A DNA stretch of 27,633 nt. Origin: a virus. Taxonomy: Duplodnaviria; Caudoviricetes. Under the pieces are notes generated by a model. The model was not told the DNA's origin. It did not search any database and saw nothing but the letters and a program-made list of their open reading frames with translations. The first letter of the stretch is position 1, and each line of letters starts with the position of its first letter. Positions 8,572 to 16,016 of the stretch are shown piece after piece. The translations under genes were made by a program, and so were the position numbers. The stretch spans positions 1 through 27,633 of IMG/VR virus record IMGVR_UViG_3300037511_000099; one strand, given 5' to 3'.

Positions 8572-9699
8572 TCACGAGTCTGCTGCTGACGCGAACCAGC
8601 CGGTGACGATGCCGTTCTGCTTGCCGTTGAAGTTGATCTTCTTCACGCCCAGCAGTTCTTCGATCGCCACGCCGGGACGGAAGCCGTAGTCCTTCACGTA
8701 GTCGGTGCGAGGGGTGGGCTCCTGGCCCCAGGCGATGCCGACAGCGCCGGCGCCGCAGAGGAAAACGGGGCGCACGTCCGCCGAGGTGTTGCCGATCGCG
8801 TCCGCCGAGTAGGTCCCCGCGGTCAGCACGTCATCGATCTCCGGGACTTCCCGCAGGATCACGCCGTTGACGATCAGGTCGCCGTCCTGGAACAGCGGGT
8901 TGTCGTCCATGCCGCCGTTCTCGCGGGCACGGGCGTCCTTGTTGTAGGAGATGATCGTCGCGTCGGCCGCCGCGTCACGGAAGGTCCGGGCGCCCATGAA
9001 GGCCACGTAGTACTCGCGACCCTTGCTGGCGTTGGTCTTGAACGGCCGGATGTGCGGATCGGCCGACTTCGCCATCCGCTTCATCAGCATCAGGGCCGCG
9101 TAGGTCACCTTGTCAGCCGAGGTGTCCACGTTGCCGATCGCCGTCGCCCAGGTCGCCGAGTAGTTCGAGCGCGTGGCGCCGAACAGCAGGCGGTCGGAGT
9201 TGTTGGCGTTGTGAGTGTTGCGGTTGGTCGAGGACGAATCCCCGAAGTTCACCGTCGCGCCCGAGGTGTCCGACACGAACGAGGCGAGGGCTTCGATGAT
9301 GTCGTCGCGGAGCTTCTCGGTCTCCCAGGTCTGCAGGCCGTCCTTGGCCGCGTCCAGGAGGTTCATTTCCGTCATGAACGACTCTGACTTCGGCACGCGG
9401 ACGCCGTTGCGGCGCCAGGCGAGGCTGATCGGCATGTTGAAGTTGGTCAGCGCCTCTTCGTTGCCGTCGAGCACCTCAGCACCCGCCACGCCGCGGCCCT
9501 TCAGCCGGCCGATGAACGGGATGTTGATGGTCTTGCCGGCTTCACGCTGAAGCTCGAAGCGGCTGATGATCACACCGCCCTTGTTGATGTCGCCATTGGA
9601 CATGTAGGGCATGAAGCGCGTGTCACGCACGTACTCCATGACGTACTTGTTGGTCCAAACCTGCTTTTGGGAAGCGGTCGCGAGGACAACTTCGGCCAT
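8572..9699 (-). CDS. Major capsid protein (N4-gp56/DUF4043-like), 375 aa
   Basis: 'GKTINIPFIGRLKGRGVAGAEVLDGNEEAL', 'NPLFQDGDLIVNGVILRE', 'LCGAGAVGIAWG', 'DYGFRPGVAI'. Follows the scaffold; AAGGA RBS. Confidence 0.9.
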   Translation of the reverse strand: MAEVVLATASQKQVWTNKYVMEYVRDTRFMPYMSNGDINKGGVIISRFELQREAGKTINIPFIGRLKGRGVAGAEVLDGNEEALTNFNMPISLAWRRNGVRVPKSESFMTEMNLLDAAKDGLQTWETEKLRDDIIEALASFVSDTSGATVNFGDSSSTNRNTHNANNSDRLLFGATRSNYSATWATAIGNVDTSADKVTYAALMLMKRMAKSADPHIRPFKTNASKGREYYVAFMGARTFRDAAADATIISYNKDARARENGGMDDNPLFQDGDLIVNGVILREVPEIDDVLTAGTYSADAIGNTSADVRPVFLCGAGAVGIAWGQEPTPRTDYVKDYGFRPGVAIEELLGVKKINFNGKQNGIVTGWFASAADS

Positions 9700-9705
9700 T
9701 GTCGT

Positions 9706-10440
9706 TTATCCTTTGAAAAGCGCGCCGAAGGCCACGCCCGGTCCGACCGGCTGTTCGCCGGGTTTCAGCCCGCCCGCGTTGGGGACGGAGGCCAGGGACC
9801 GCGGAGGCGTTGGCGCAAGGGAGGGGGATTGCGGCTGGGCCTGGGGCGGCGCTTGGCCGGACTTCCAGGCGAGGAAAGCGTCAAGGTCCCCGTCCTTCAT
9901 GGATGAAAGCACTTGCTCGCGCTTCCAGTCCTGGACGACGGCCTCGTAGGGGTCCGCATCGGACATGACCCGCTGGTAGTAGAGCGGGTCGCTCTGGAAC
10001 CTGCCCAAGGCCCAATCGCGGGCCTTGTCCACCGTCTCGGCGCCGTACTCCTTGCGGGCGAACCGCTCGGAGGTGTTCAGCGTCTGGTTCAGCAGCCGTT
10101 GCTCGAACTGCTGTTCCCGATGGGCCTCGTACCCTTCCGGGTCTTCGTACCTATCGGGGGCCTGCGGCGGGGCCTGTGGGGGCGTCTGCCGCATCTGACG
10201 GATTTCCTGCCGCAGCTCCTGCACGACCGACACCGGCACATAGCCGGGCGGGATCTGCGGCGGACCGGGCTCGGAAGCCGGCGGCGCTTCGATCTGTTCG
10301 GGCTGGGGCTGTTGGCTGGCGAAGCGTCCCCGTTCGTCACGGGCAACGCCCGGTTCGGCGGGGGCCTCGGGCGCTTCAGGCTCGACCGCAGGCGTGGTTT
10401 CGGGCTCGCCTTCCGGCGGTTCCAAGAAGTCCAGATCCAT
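9706..10440 (-). CDS. Capsid scaffolding protein, 244 aa
   Basis: Acidic/Pro-rich disordered N-terminus with RDERGRF motif, coiled-coil middle; lies between portal and capsid. Confidence 0.85.
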   Translation of the reverse strand: MDLDFLEPPEGEPETTPAVEPEAPEAPAEPGVARDERGRFASQQPQPEQIEAPPASEPGPPQIPPGYVPVSVVQELRQEIRQMRQTPPQAPPQAPDRYEDPEGYEAHREQQFEQRLLNQTLNTSERFARKEYGAETVDKARDWALGRFQSDPLYYQRVMSDADPYEAVVQDWKREQVLSSMKDGDLDAFLAWKSGQAPPQAQPQSPSLAPTPPRSLASVPNAGGLKPGEQPVGPGVAFGALFKG

Positions 10441-10456
10441 GATGCTTGTCTTCCCT

Positions 10457-10552
10457 CGCCCGTATCGACGGCGGCTCGTGACGCCCGTTTCCCGGCGGCG
10501 GATCGTGGGTCACGTCCCCACGCTGACGGATCGCCCGTTCCCCGGCGGCGGG
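10457..10552 (-). ncRNA. Three tandem predicted H-type pseudoknot motifs plus a hairpin in the scaffold 5' leader
   Basis: Minus strand: CCC-GCCGCCG-GGG-AAC-GGGCG, TCC-GCCGCCG-GGA-AAC-GGGCG, CGA-GCCGCCG-TCG-ATAC-GGGCG. The 3-bp stems covary, and loop CGCC can pair with downstream GGCG. Confidence 0.7.
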
Positions 10553-10572
10553 TATTTTGCTAAGCTTGGCGG

Positions 10573-10740
10573 ATGAACGAGAGCGAGTTCACCAAGGAGG
10601 AGGCCGAGGCCATGTTGCGCGGCTTTCGCGCTGAGACTGGCTCTCCTGTCTATGTGCCCCCGTCCCTGTATGCGGCGGCCAAGAAGCTTGGCCTGGACAT
10701 GACAAATGTTGAGGCGGTGAAGCCTATCCCTCTGCGCTAG
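10573..10740 (+). CDS. Small hypothetical protein, 55 aa, antisense and apparently leaderless (not in ORF track)
   Basis: MNESEFTKEEAEAMLRGFRAETGSPVYVPPSLYAAAKKLGLDMTNVEAVKPIPLR*. Extended -10 TGcTAAGCT (10558-10566) ends 6 nt before the ATG; fills the portal-scaffold gap. Confidence 0.7.
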   Translation: MNESEFTKEEAEAMLRGFRAETGSPVYVPPSLYAAAKKLGLDMTNVEAVKPIPLR

Positions 10741-12736
10741 GCCCCTGCTCTGCCTTCATCTGCGCCAAGCGCTCGGCGTGGCTCAGTTGTCCGGCGAATT
10801 GATCGTCCGACTGCGCCATGGTGGCGGCGGTCTTGGCGGCGTCGTGCTGCAACTCCATGCCGCGCATGTCGCCCGCGTGCTGCTGGTCGGCAGCCTTCAT
10901 GAAGGCCTGATGGCCAAGGCCCATGGCGTGCTGATCGGCGCCCTGGATGATCTTGGCGGCCTCGATGTGCGGGCGGGCCAACTCGCTTTCGGTCTTGGCG
11001 CGGGTCAGATCGGCCTCGGCCGCCAGCTTGTCCACCTCGGCCTGTAGTTTCTGCAGTTCGCCCATCGCCGCCTGCATCTGAAGCTGGGCGGCGGGGTTGT
11101 TCTGCTGGCCCTCCTCGTTCTGCTGCGAGCGGGCCTTGCGGCGCTCCATCAGGTCGCGCTTGCCCTGCATCGGCGAGAGGAACAGCAGGTCGTCAAACGG
11201 GACTTCCTGCGGTCCGTAGAGCTTGGCCAGCTCGGACAGTTGCTGGAACGCCTCGGCCTGGATATTGGCCGTGTCCGGCACGCTGTCGAGGATGATATCC
11301 ACGTCCAGTTGCGCGATCTGGTTCGGCTGCACCGGCTCGCCCGTGCGAGGGTCCATCGCGCCAGGCGGCATGTTCAGGCCCACGAACTCCGGCGCGCCCT
11401 CGTCATCGGTCACCCGCACCCACATCGGTTCCTGCCAGAACTGGCGCGCCCTCGCCCACATCTGGCGATAGAGCCGCTTCTCCCAATCCTCGATGCCGCC
11501 GAACACGACCGCGAACTGTGTCATGCCGGCCTGCTGGCGCACCAGCTGCGCCCGGCCCGACGAATCCGCGGACTGACGCCCTAGGATGTCCGGCGCAGGG
11601 CCTAGACGCTCGATCTCGGCCTTGGCCTCGGCCAGCAATGACGCCTGACCCTGCGCCATGTCCGTAGTCGCGACCTTCTCCCAGCCGGGCGGGATCACGC
11701 CGTCAGGGCGGGCGGCCTCCTTGCGGACGATATCCACGTCCTCGAACTGCGCCAGGCCGCCGTCCCTGGCCTGAACCTGCGAGGTGGTGACGAGGTACAG
11801 CAGCTTCGAGCGGCGCTTGTTGATCTCGTCCTGCACCGGGCGCATGTCGCGCACCACGCCATGCCGGTTGTTCTCCCGGTCGATATAGCAGGACTGCGCC
11901 TCGATCGGGTTGGTGGGCTGGCCCCTCTCGTCCAGATAGGCCGACGCGTCGTAGGCCAGCACGCCGCCCGCCCAATAGACGCAGCGGAACCACTTGCCGC
12001 CCTCTTGGTGGTATAGCTCCACCTGCATTACGCGGCGCTTCTTGTCGTCCACCCACGCGACGCTCGTGGTCCCATCGCTCGGACGGTCGCGGAACGTCTC
12101 ATCCACCGCGCCCAAGCCGGCGTTCATCACGTTCTCGAGGTCGTCCTTGGCCTCGGGATACTCGGCCCCGATCTCGTCGGAGTAGCGCCACTTGGCGATG
12201 CCCATGTAGCGGGCGTCTCGGAAATCCTTCCGGCGCGAGCGCGGGTCAGCGAAGAACTCCTCCCAGCGGATGGGCTCGACAATGACCTTGCGCTGCTCGT
12301 CCACCTCGACAATGGCCGCTGCCGTGCCCTCCACGAAGTAGTTCTTGGCGCCCTCGATCTTCATCGCGTCGAAGTCGTTCTGGTCGGCGATGAACCGCAG
12401 CACCTTGGACGCCACGTCGGCCGCGTCCTCATCCTGGGGGTTGCGCGGGTAGGCGCGCGGGTCGGTCTCGCCCTGCTTCAGGATGCCCAGCATCCCTTCG
12501 ACGGCCGGGCGGATGCGGTTGAAGATCCCGTCTGGCTGGCGGCGCGTGGCGAGCGCGGCCTTCTCTTCGGCGGTGAGTTGGATGCCGTGGTAATAGTCGT
12601 CGTCGATCTGCGAGGCGTTGCGGGCGTTCTGGGTGAGGTCCGTGGCCTCCTTGAACATCCGGCGCAGGGCTTCAAGTTCAGGCGGCTTGAGGGCCGGGGG
12701 CGCGGGCTCCACCGCGCGGGCGTAGGCGACGCTCAT
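10724..12736 (-). CDS. Portal protein (P22 gp1-like), 670 aa
   Basis: 'DDDYYHGIQLT...RRQP...FNRIRPAV', 'FFADPRSRRKDFRDARY', 'GVVRDMRPVQDEINKRRSK', 'SGRA...RQQAG'; C-terminal helical barrel. Confidence 0.93.
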   Translation of the reverse strand: MSVAYARAVEPAPPALKPPELEALRRMFKEATDLTQNARNASQIDDDYYHGIQLTAEEKAALATRRQPDGIFNRIRPAVEGMLGILKQGETDPRAYPRNPQDEDAADVASKVLRFIADQNDFDAMKIEGAKNYFVEGTAAAIVEVDEQRKVIVEPIRWEEFFADPRSRRKDFRDARYMGIAKWRYSDEIGAEYPEAKDDLENVMNAGLGAVDETFRDRPSDGTTSVAWVDDKKRRVMQVELYHQEGGKWFRCVYWAGGVLAYDASAYLDERGQPTNPIEAQSCYIDRENNRHGVVRDMRPVQDEINKRRSKLLYLVTTSQVQARDGGLAQFEDVDIVRKEAARPDGVIPPGWEKVATTDMAQGQASLLAEAKAEIERLGPAPDILGRQSADSSGRAQLVRQQAGMTQFAVVFGGIEDWEKRLYRQMWARARQFWQEPMWVRVTDDEGAPEFVGLNMPPGAMDPRTGEPVQPNQIAQLDVDIILDSVPDTANIQAEAFQQLSELAKLYGPQEVPFDDLLFLSPMQGKRDLMERRKARSQQNEEGQQNNPAAQLQMQAAMGELQKLQAEVDKLAAEADLTRAKTESELARPHIEAAKIIQGADQHAMGLGHQAFMKAADQQHAGDMRGMELQHDAAKTAATMAQSDDQFAGQLSHAERLAQMKAEQGPSAEG

Positions 12737-13245
12737 CGGCCCATCTGCTTGCGATGCGCGACGGCGCGGGGCTCATCGAACACGATCTGCCCGTCAGGTC
12801 GTTGAAGGCGATCGCCTCCGATCCATCGGGGCGCCTGACCGGTCGCGTACTGGCTCTCGGCGCTGAAGGACTGGTGATACGGCGTCTTCCAGTTGTCATC
12901 GAAGTGGATGAGGCCGTCGTTAGGGTTCGGGGCCGTGATCGCTCTCGGATCCCCTTGCTGCGCCGCGCGCCAGAAGCCGCGCATGTCATAGTCGGCTACC
13001 GGGTCGTTCGGATTGAAAGGCACTCGGTTTGCCGTCAACCATTGGCGAAATGCCAACTCCTCGGGTTGCGTCAGGCTGGTCATGTACGGGCCTGCCTTCG
13101 CGTAGGGAGCATGGATGGCGGCTTGCTCTCGCATCGAGGCCATCCACTCGTCATCTTCGGAGGGAGCGGCATAGCCCATGAGCGCGTTGCTCGATGCGCG
13201 ACGCGGCGGCGGACGGCGCATGAGGGCGTTCGATCGGTCAGCCAT
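12733..13245 (-). CDS. Phage hypothetical protein, 170 aa (DYDxRGFW / HxxDxWKxPxHxxFSxESxY motifs)
   Basis: ATGA-coupled to portal. Dense W/Y/H/D motif block suggests a folded, possibly catalytic domain. Confidence 0.75.
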   Translation of the reverse strand: MADRSNALMRRPPPRRASSNALMGYAAPSEDDEWMASMREQAAIHAPYAKAGPYMTSLTQPEELAFRQWLTANRVPFNPNDPVADYDMRGFWRAAQQGDPRAITAPNPNDGLIHFDDNWKTPYHQSFSAESQYATGQAPRWIGGDRLQRPDGQIVFDEPRAVAHRKQMGR

Positions 13246-13257
13246 GCGAGCGGGGCT

Positions 13258-14646
13258 TCACAACGTTTTCCACGAGCCCTCCTCGTTCGAACTGCGACGG
13301 CGCCAGCGATCCAGGTCGGCCGGGTTGTTCTGTTTGGCGGCCGGCTTCGGCGGGATGATCGCGCAGTTGACCGCGAACTCTCCAAAGGCGTCGGCCCCGT
13401 GACTGTTCTCGTCGTGCAGCGGGCCGGTGTAGGTGCTCAGGCTCGCATTCCAGCGCTTGCGGTAGTTGCGCAGCCGGTCCAGGCCCACTGCGCAGGCCTC
13501 AGCGTCGAACGACACGATCGGCAGAAGCCGGCGCGTGGCGTTGATGCGCTCCTCGGGAGGCTGGGCCGCGCCAACCCGAACCGGCTTGATCCCATGCTCA
13601 AGGAGCGTCTGATACCGCGTCTTCGCGCCGTGACCCCATTCACGGACCATCACGTCGTGCGGCAGGAAGTGCGCCGCGTACTTGTACGGCTTGCCATGGA
13701 GGACGGGCGCAATCGTCTCCGGTCCTTCGCCCGACGTCTCGAAATAGTCGATGGCCCGAACCTGCTTGCCGTTCTCCTGCAGGAACCAGATGGCCGTGTA
13801 GTCATCGACACCGATGTCCCAAGCCGTCTTGACCGGAAGCGAGGGGTCGTAGGGGAAGGCTCCGACCCTGCCGTCTTCCTTGGCCCTGGCGATCTGCGGC
13901 CCGTAGTACGAGCCAGGAACCGCGGCGTCGAAGTCCACCAGGTACTCTTGCCGGTACTTGGCGTCGCCCTCGTCCTCGGAGCCCGATTCCGAGATCAGCT
14001 CGGCCCGCTCCTTGGCCAGCTGCTCGGGCGTGAACACCCCGGTCAGCGTCGCCGGCAGGCGTTGGGTGAACCACTCCGCGTCCCGCTCGCGCGCCTCGAA
14101 AGCCCGCGTTGCATGGTTCCGACCGCGAGGCGTCCAGATGAACACCGCCCAGCCGCCGTTCTCGGCCAGGATCGGGCGCAGGTAGGTCCAAGAGTCGGGC
14201 TTGGCGAGCGACCATTCCGAGAAGACCACGCCAACCGGCGGCGAGCCGACAAGGCTGTTGAAGTTGTCCGAGCCCACGACCTGCCAGGTTGACCCGTTCT
14301 TGAACCGGATCAGCATGTCCGTCTCGCGGGTCGCCGCCCGCATCCCACGCGGGAAGGCCTCGTCAATGCGTCGCTTGCCCGAGTGCGGGTTGATCGCGTC
14401 CCAGATGGCCTTACGGGCCTGGCTGGCCTCCGGCAACATGTGCCAGTAGGTGCCGACCCGCTTCATGGCCGCGATCGCCGTCCAGTGCAGCGATACGTCG
14501 TCCTTGCCCGCCCGGCGATGCCATGCCACGTCGGCTCGCAGCCCGCCCGTGCGTAGGTAACGCCAGAGCGGCTCCTGATACTCGCGACGCCGCCAGCCGT
14601 TCGGCAGACGAATCGTTGTGAGCTGCCTAATCGTCGTCGCTATCAA
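13258..14646 (-). CDS. terL: Terminase large subunit
   Basis: 'REYQ' Q-motif, Walker A 'WHRRAGKDD', Walker B 'VVFSEW', coupling motif 'WTPRG', nuclease 'WDIGVDD' and 'SHGADAF'. Start codon uncertain (TTG at 14646). Confidence 0.95.
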   Translation of the reverse strand: MIATTIRQLTTIRLPNGWRRREYQEPLWRYLRTGGLRADVAWHRRAGKDDVSLHWTAIAAMKRVGTYWHMLPEASQARKAIWDAINPHSGKRRIDEAFPRGMRAATRETDMLIRFKNGSTWQVVGSDNFNSLVGSPPVGVVFSEWSLAKPDSWTYLRPILAENGGWAVFIWTPRGRNHATRAFEARERDAEWFTQRLPATLTGVFTPEQLAKERAELISESGSEDEGDAKYRQEYLVDFDAAVPGSYYGPQIARAKEDGRVGAFPYDPSLPVKTAWDIGVDDYTAIWFLQENGKQVRAIDYFETSGEGPETIAPVLHGKPYKYAAHFLPHDVMVREWGHGAKTRYQTLLEHGIKPVRVGAAQPPEERINATRRLLPIVSFDAEACAVGLDRLRNYRKRWNASLSTYTGPLHDENSHGADAFGEFAVNCAIIPPKPAAKQNNPADLDRWRRRSSNEEGSWKTL

Positions 14647-14890
14647 TGATCTCGATCCGAAGGCCGCCCTCTACCGTGGCGTCCACCGCGGACAGCCGCG
14701 GGTGGATGTATGGGGCTGCGGCCTTGGCGGCCTCGAAGCGCTCCGGCGTTGCGGCGTTCTCGTCCCGCAGGATGCTCAGCATGTAGTCGAGCGGCGTGAG
14801 CCCGGAGGCTTCGACCTGAGCGGCCTTGGCTGCCGTGGCCTTGTTCGGAACGCCCTTTTGCCGGCCGCCGGTCTTCCTGCCTTGGGCCAT
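14627..14890 (-). CDS. terS: Terminase small subunit (putative), 87 aa
   Basis: 'GRKTGGRQKGVPNK...TPLDYML...AAKAAAPYIHPRL', directly upstream of terL. Confidence 0.82.
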   Translation of the reverse strand: MAQGRKTGGRQKGVPNKATAAKAAQVEASGLTPLDYMLSILRDENAATPERFEAAKAAAPYIHPRLSAVDATVEGGLRIEIIDSDDD

Positions 14891-14920
14891 CTATTCACCG
14901 TCTAGTTTGGACGCTAGCGA

Positions 14921-14950
14921 TTGATATCAACTGCTATCACGCGCTATCAT
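14921..14950 (+). promoter_or_regulatory. Sigma70-type promoter TTGATA-N18-TATCAT overlapped by three G(A/C)TATCA direct repeats (putative RHH operator)
   Basis: GATATCA 14923-14929, GCTATCA 14933-14939, GCTATCA 14943-14949 (10-bp period). ATG lies 6 nt after the -10. Confidence 0.7.
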
Positions 14951-14956
14951 CAGCGC

Positions 14957-15241
14957 ATGGCTCGCTTCGTCGTCACGCTGTCTGAGGAACACCGCGCTCT
15001 GCTTGAAGCGGCGCGGGTGAAGGCTGGTCATCGGTCTCATGCCGACACGGTGCGGGCGCTCATCGAGGCGACTGAGGATAAGGTGCAGGCTCGCCGGGAT
15101 CGGCTGCTGCGAGAGATTGCAGATCGCCACCCCGAGGAGCGGGACAGGCCGGATGGTGTGATCCCCGTCACCAAGGCCGACATGAAGGCGTTGGCCGAGC
15201 CGTTCAAGACCCGGCTCAAAGGCGAGTGGAAAGCCCCCTAG
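14957..15241 (+). CDS. Ribbon-helix-helix (Arc/CopG-like) DNA-binding protein, 94 aa
   Basis: MARFVVTLSEEHRALLEAARVKAGHRSHADTVRALIE shows an alternating beta-strand followed by two helices. Confidence 0.78.
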   Translation: MARFVVTLSEEHRALLEAARVKAGHRSHADTVRALIEATEDKVQARRDRLLREIADRHPEERDRPDGVIPVTKADMKALAEPFKTRLKGEWKAP

Positions 15242-15402
15242 AACGCCCGCCTACCGCTGTACCGCCCCCTAGCGTCACGAGCGTCGTTGTTGTCGGCTTG
15301 GTCTAGGGCTTTGCGGAGCTTCTTGTTCTCAAGGCCGAAGCTGATGGCGATGGCTCCGATAGTGGCGTTCAGGGTAAGGGAGATCAGGAGGACGATGGTC
15401 AT
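15238..15402 (-). CDS. Small N-terminally membrane-anchored protein, 54 aa (not in ORF track)
   Basis: MTIVLLISLTLNATIGAIAISFGLENKKLRKALDQADNNDARDARGRYSGRRAF*. GAGGT RBS; first ORF after the predicted late promoter. Confidence 0.65.
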   Translation of the reverse strand: MTIVLLISLTLNATIGAIAISFGLENKKLRKALDQADNNDARDARGRYSGRRAF

Positions 15403-15466
15403 GTGACCTCGCGTGGGTTAGCCGCGCATCCCGACCTGATGTGAGGGCCGTTGGGCGCTGTGTCGT

Positions 15467-15587
15467 GTGTTCGGGGGCGGCTGTTCGGTGCGCTCAGGGC
15501 GCAATTGTCCATCTGGGAACTCGGTCCCGCGCGGCGCTGACCTCAGCGCGGCGGTTCGCAGAGCGTCACGATGGCCCCCGCGAACAC
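15467..15587 (-). ncRNA. Structured late-leader RNA (~120 nt)
   Basis: 5' GTGTTCGCGGGGGC can pair with 3' GCCCCCGAACAC. Internal hairpins GCGCTG/CAGCGC, GGGA/TCCC and TGCGC/GCGCA; alternative local stem with CTCTGCGAAC. Confidence 0.55.
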
Positions 15588-15592
15588 TGGTG

Positions 15593-15621
15593 ATAGTGCC
15601 GTAAGCGTAGCTTGGGCGCAA
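15593..15621 (-). promoter_or_regulatory. Putative late promoter (pR'-like) TTGCGC-N17-CACTAT
   Basis: Canonical 17-bp spacing in the intergenic region between the early-right genes and terS. Predicted start coincides with the 5' end of the structured RNA. Confidence 0.5.
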
Positions 15622-15651
15622 GGGGTTGTGTCCTGCGGCAAGTTGCCGAGC

Positions 15652-15840
15652 CTAGTCGATAGCGATGATGTCGAAGTCGGCGCCACCAGCCTGCCTCTGC
15701 AGAACGACACTCCGAACCTCCGGATGGCGCTCTTTCGCCTCGGCCAAAATGCGGTCAACTGCTTCTTTAGGGTGAACCCCAGCGGCGGCGATCTGCGCTA
15801 AGTGGGCGCGCGTGACGGTGCCAATCTGCCGCGGCATCAT
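15652..15840 (-). CDS. Hypothetical protein, 62 aa
   Basis: MMPRQIGTVTRAHLAQ...; ATGA-coupled to the upstream small ORF. Confidence 0.6.
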   Translation of the reverse strand: MMPRQIGTVTRAHLAQIAAAGVHPKEAVDRILAEAKERHPEVRSVVLQRQAGGADFDIIAID

Positions 15841-16016
15841 TTCGGAGCGACTTTCTGGACCTGTACGCATCTAGCGCCGGCCAGATGGTAGGCCGCAGCT
15901 TCCCGAAGGTGCTCGCAACTCTCCTTGGTGGCTATGTTGTCAACGATGGTCATCGTGCCTCTGTTGTAGCTACCAGTGGAATAGGAGATGAGTATCCAGA
16001 CCCAGAACGTCGTCAC
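15837..16016 (-). CDS. Small exported/membrane protein with two Cys, 59 aa (not in ORF track)
   Basis: MTTFWVWILISYSTGSYNRGTMTIVDNIATKESCEHLREAAAYHLAGARCVQVQKVAPK*. GTGA overlap with the NusG-like stop and ATGA overlap downstream. Confidence 0.65.
   Translation of the reverse strand: MTTFWVWILISYSTGSYNRGTMTIVDNIATKESCEHLREAAAYHLAGARCVQVQKVAPK

Noticed and set aside
10457-10552. Mini-CRISPR interpretation of the three repeats
   Set aside because: Units are about 21 nt with spacers of 3 and 29 nt, and no cas genes are present. The covariation fits an RNA structure better.
773-14292. Long plus-strand ORFs (e.g. 773..1861, 2557..4089, 6982..8193, 12754..14292)
   Set aside because: Antisense shadows of well-supported minus-strand genes, typical of high-GC DNA, with no motifs.
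15469-15486. Alphaproteobacterial LexA box (GTTC-N7-GTTC)
   Set aside because: The GTTC pair here is spaced by 10 nt. I saw no correctly spaced box in the intergenic regions I inspected by eye.
15467-15587. tRNA gene
   Set aside because: Multi-stem, but no T-loop GTTCRA in the proper position, no canonical D or anticodon arm geometry, and too long.
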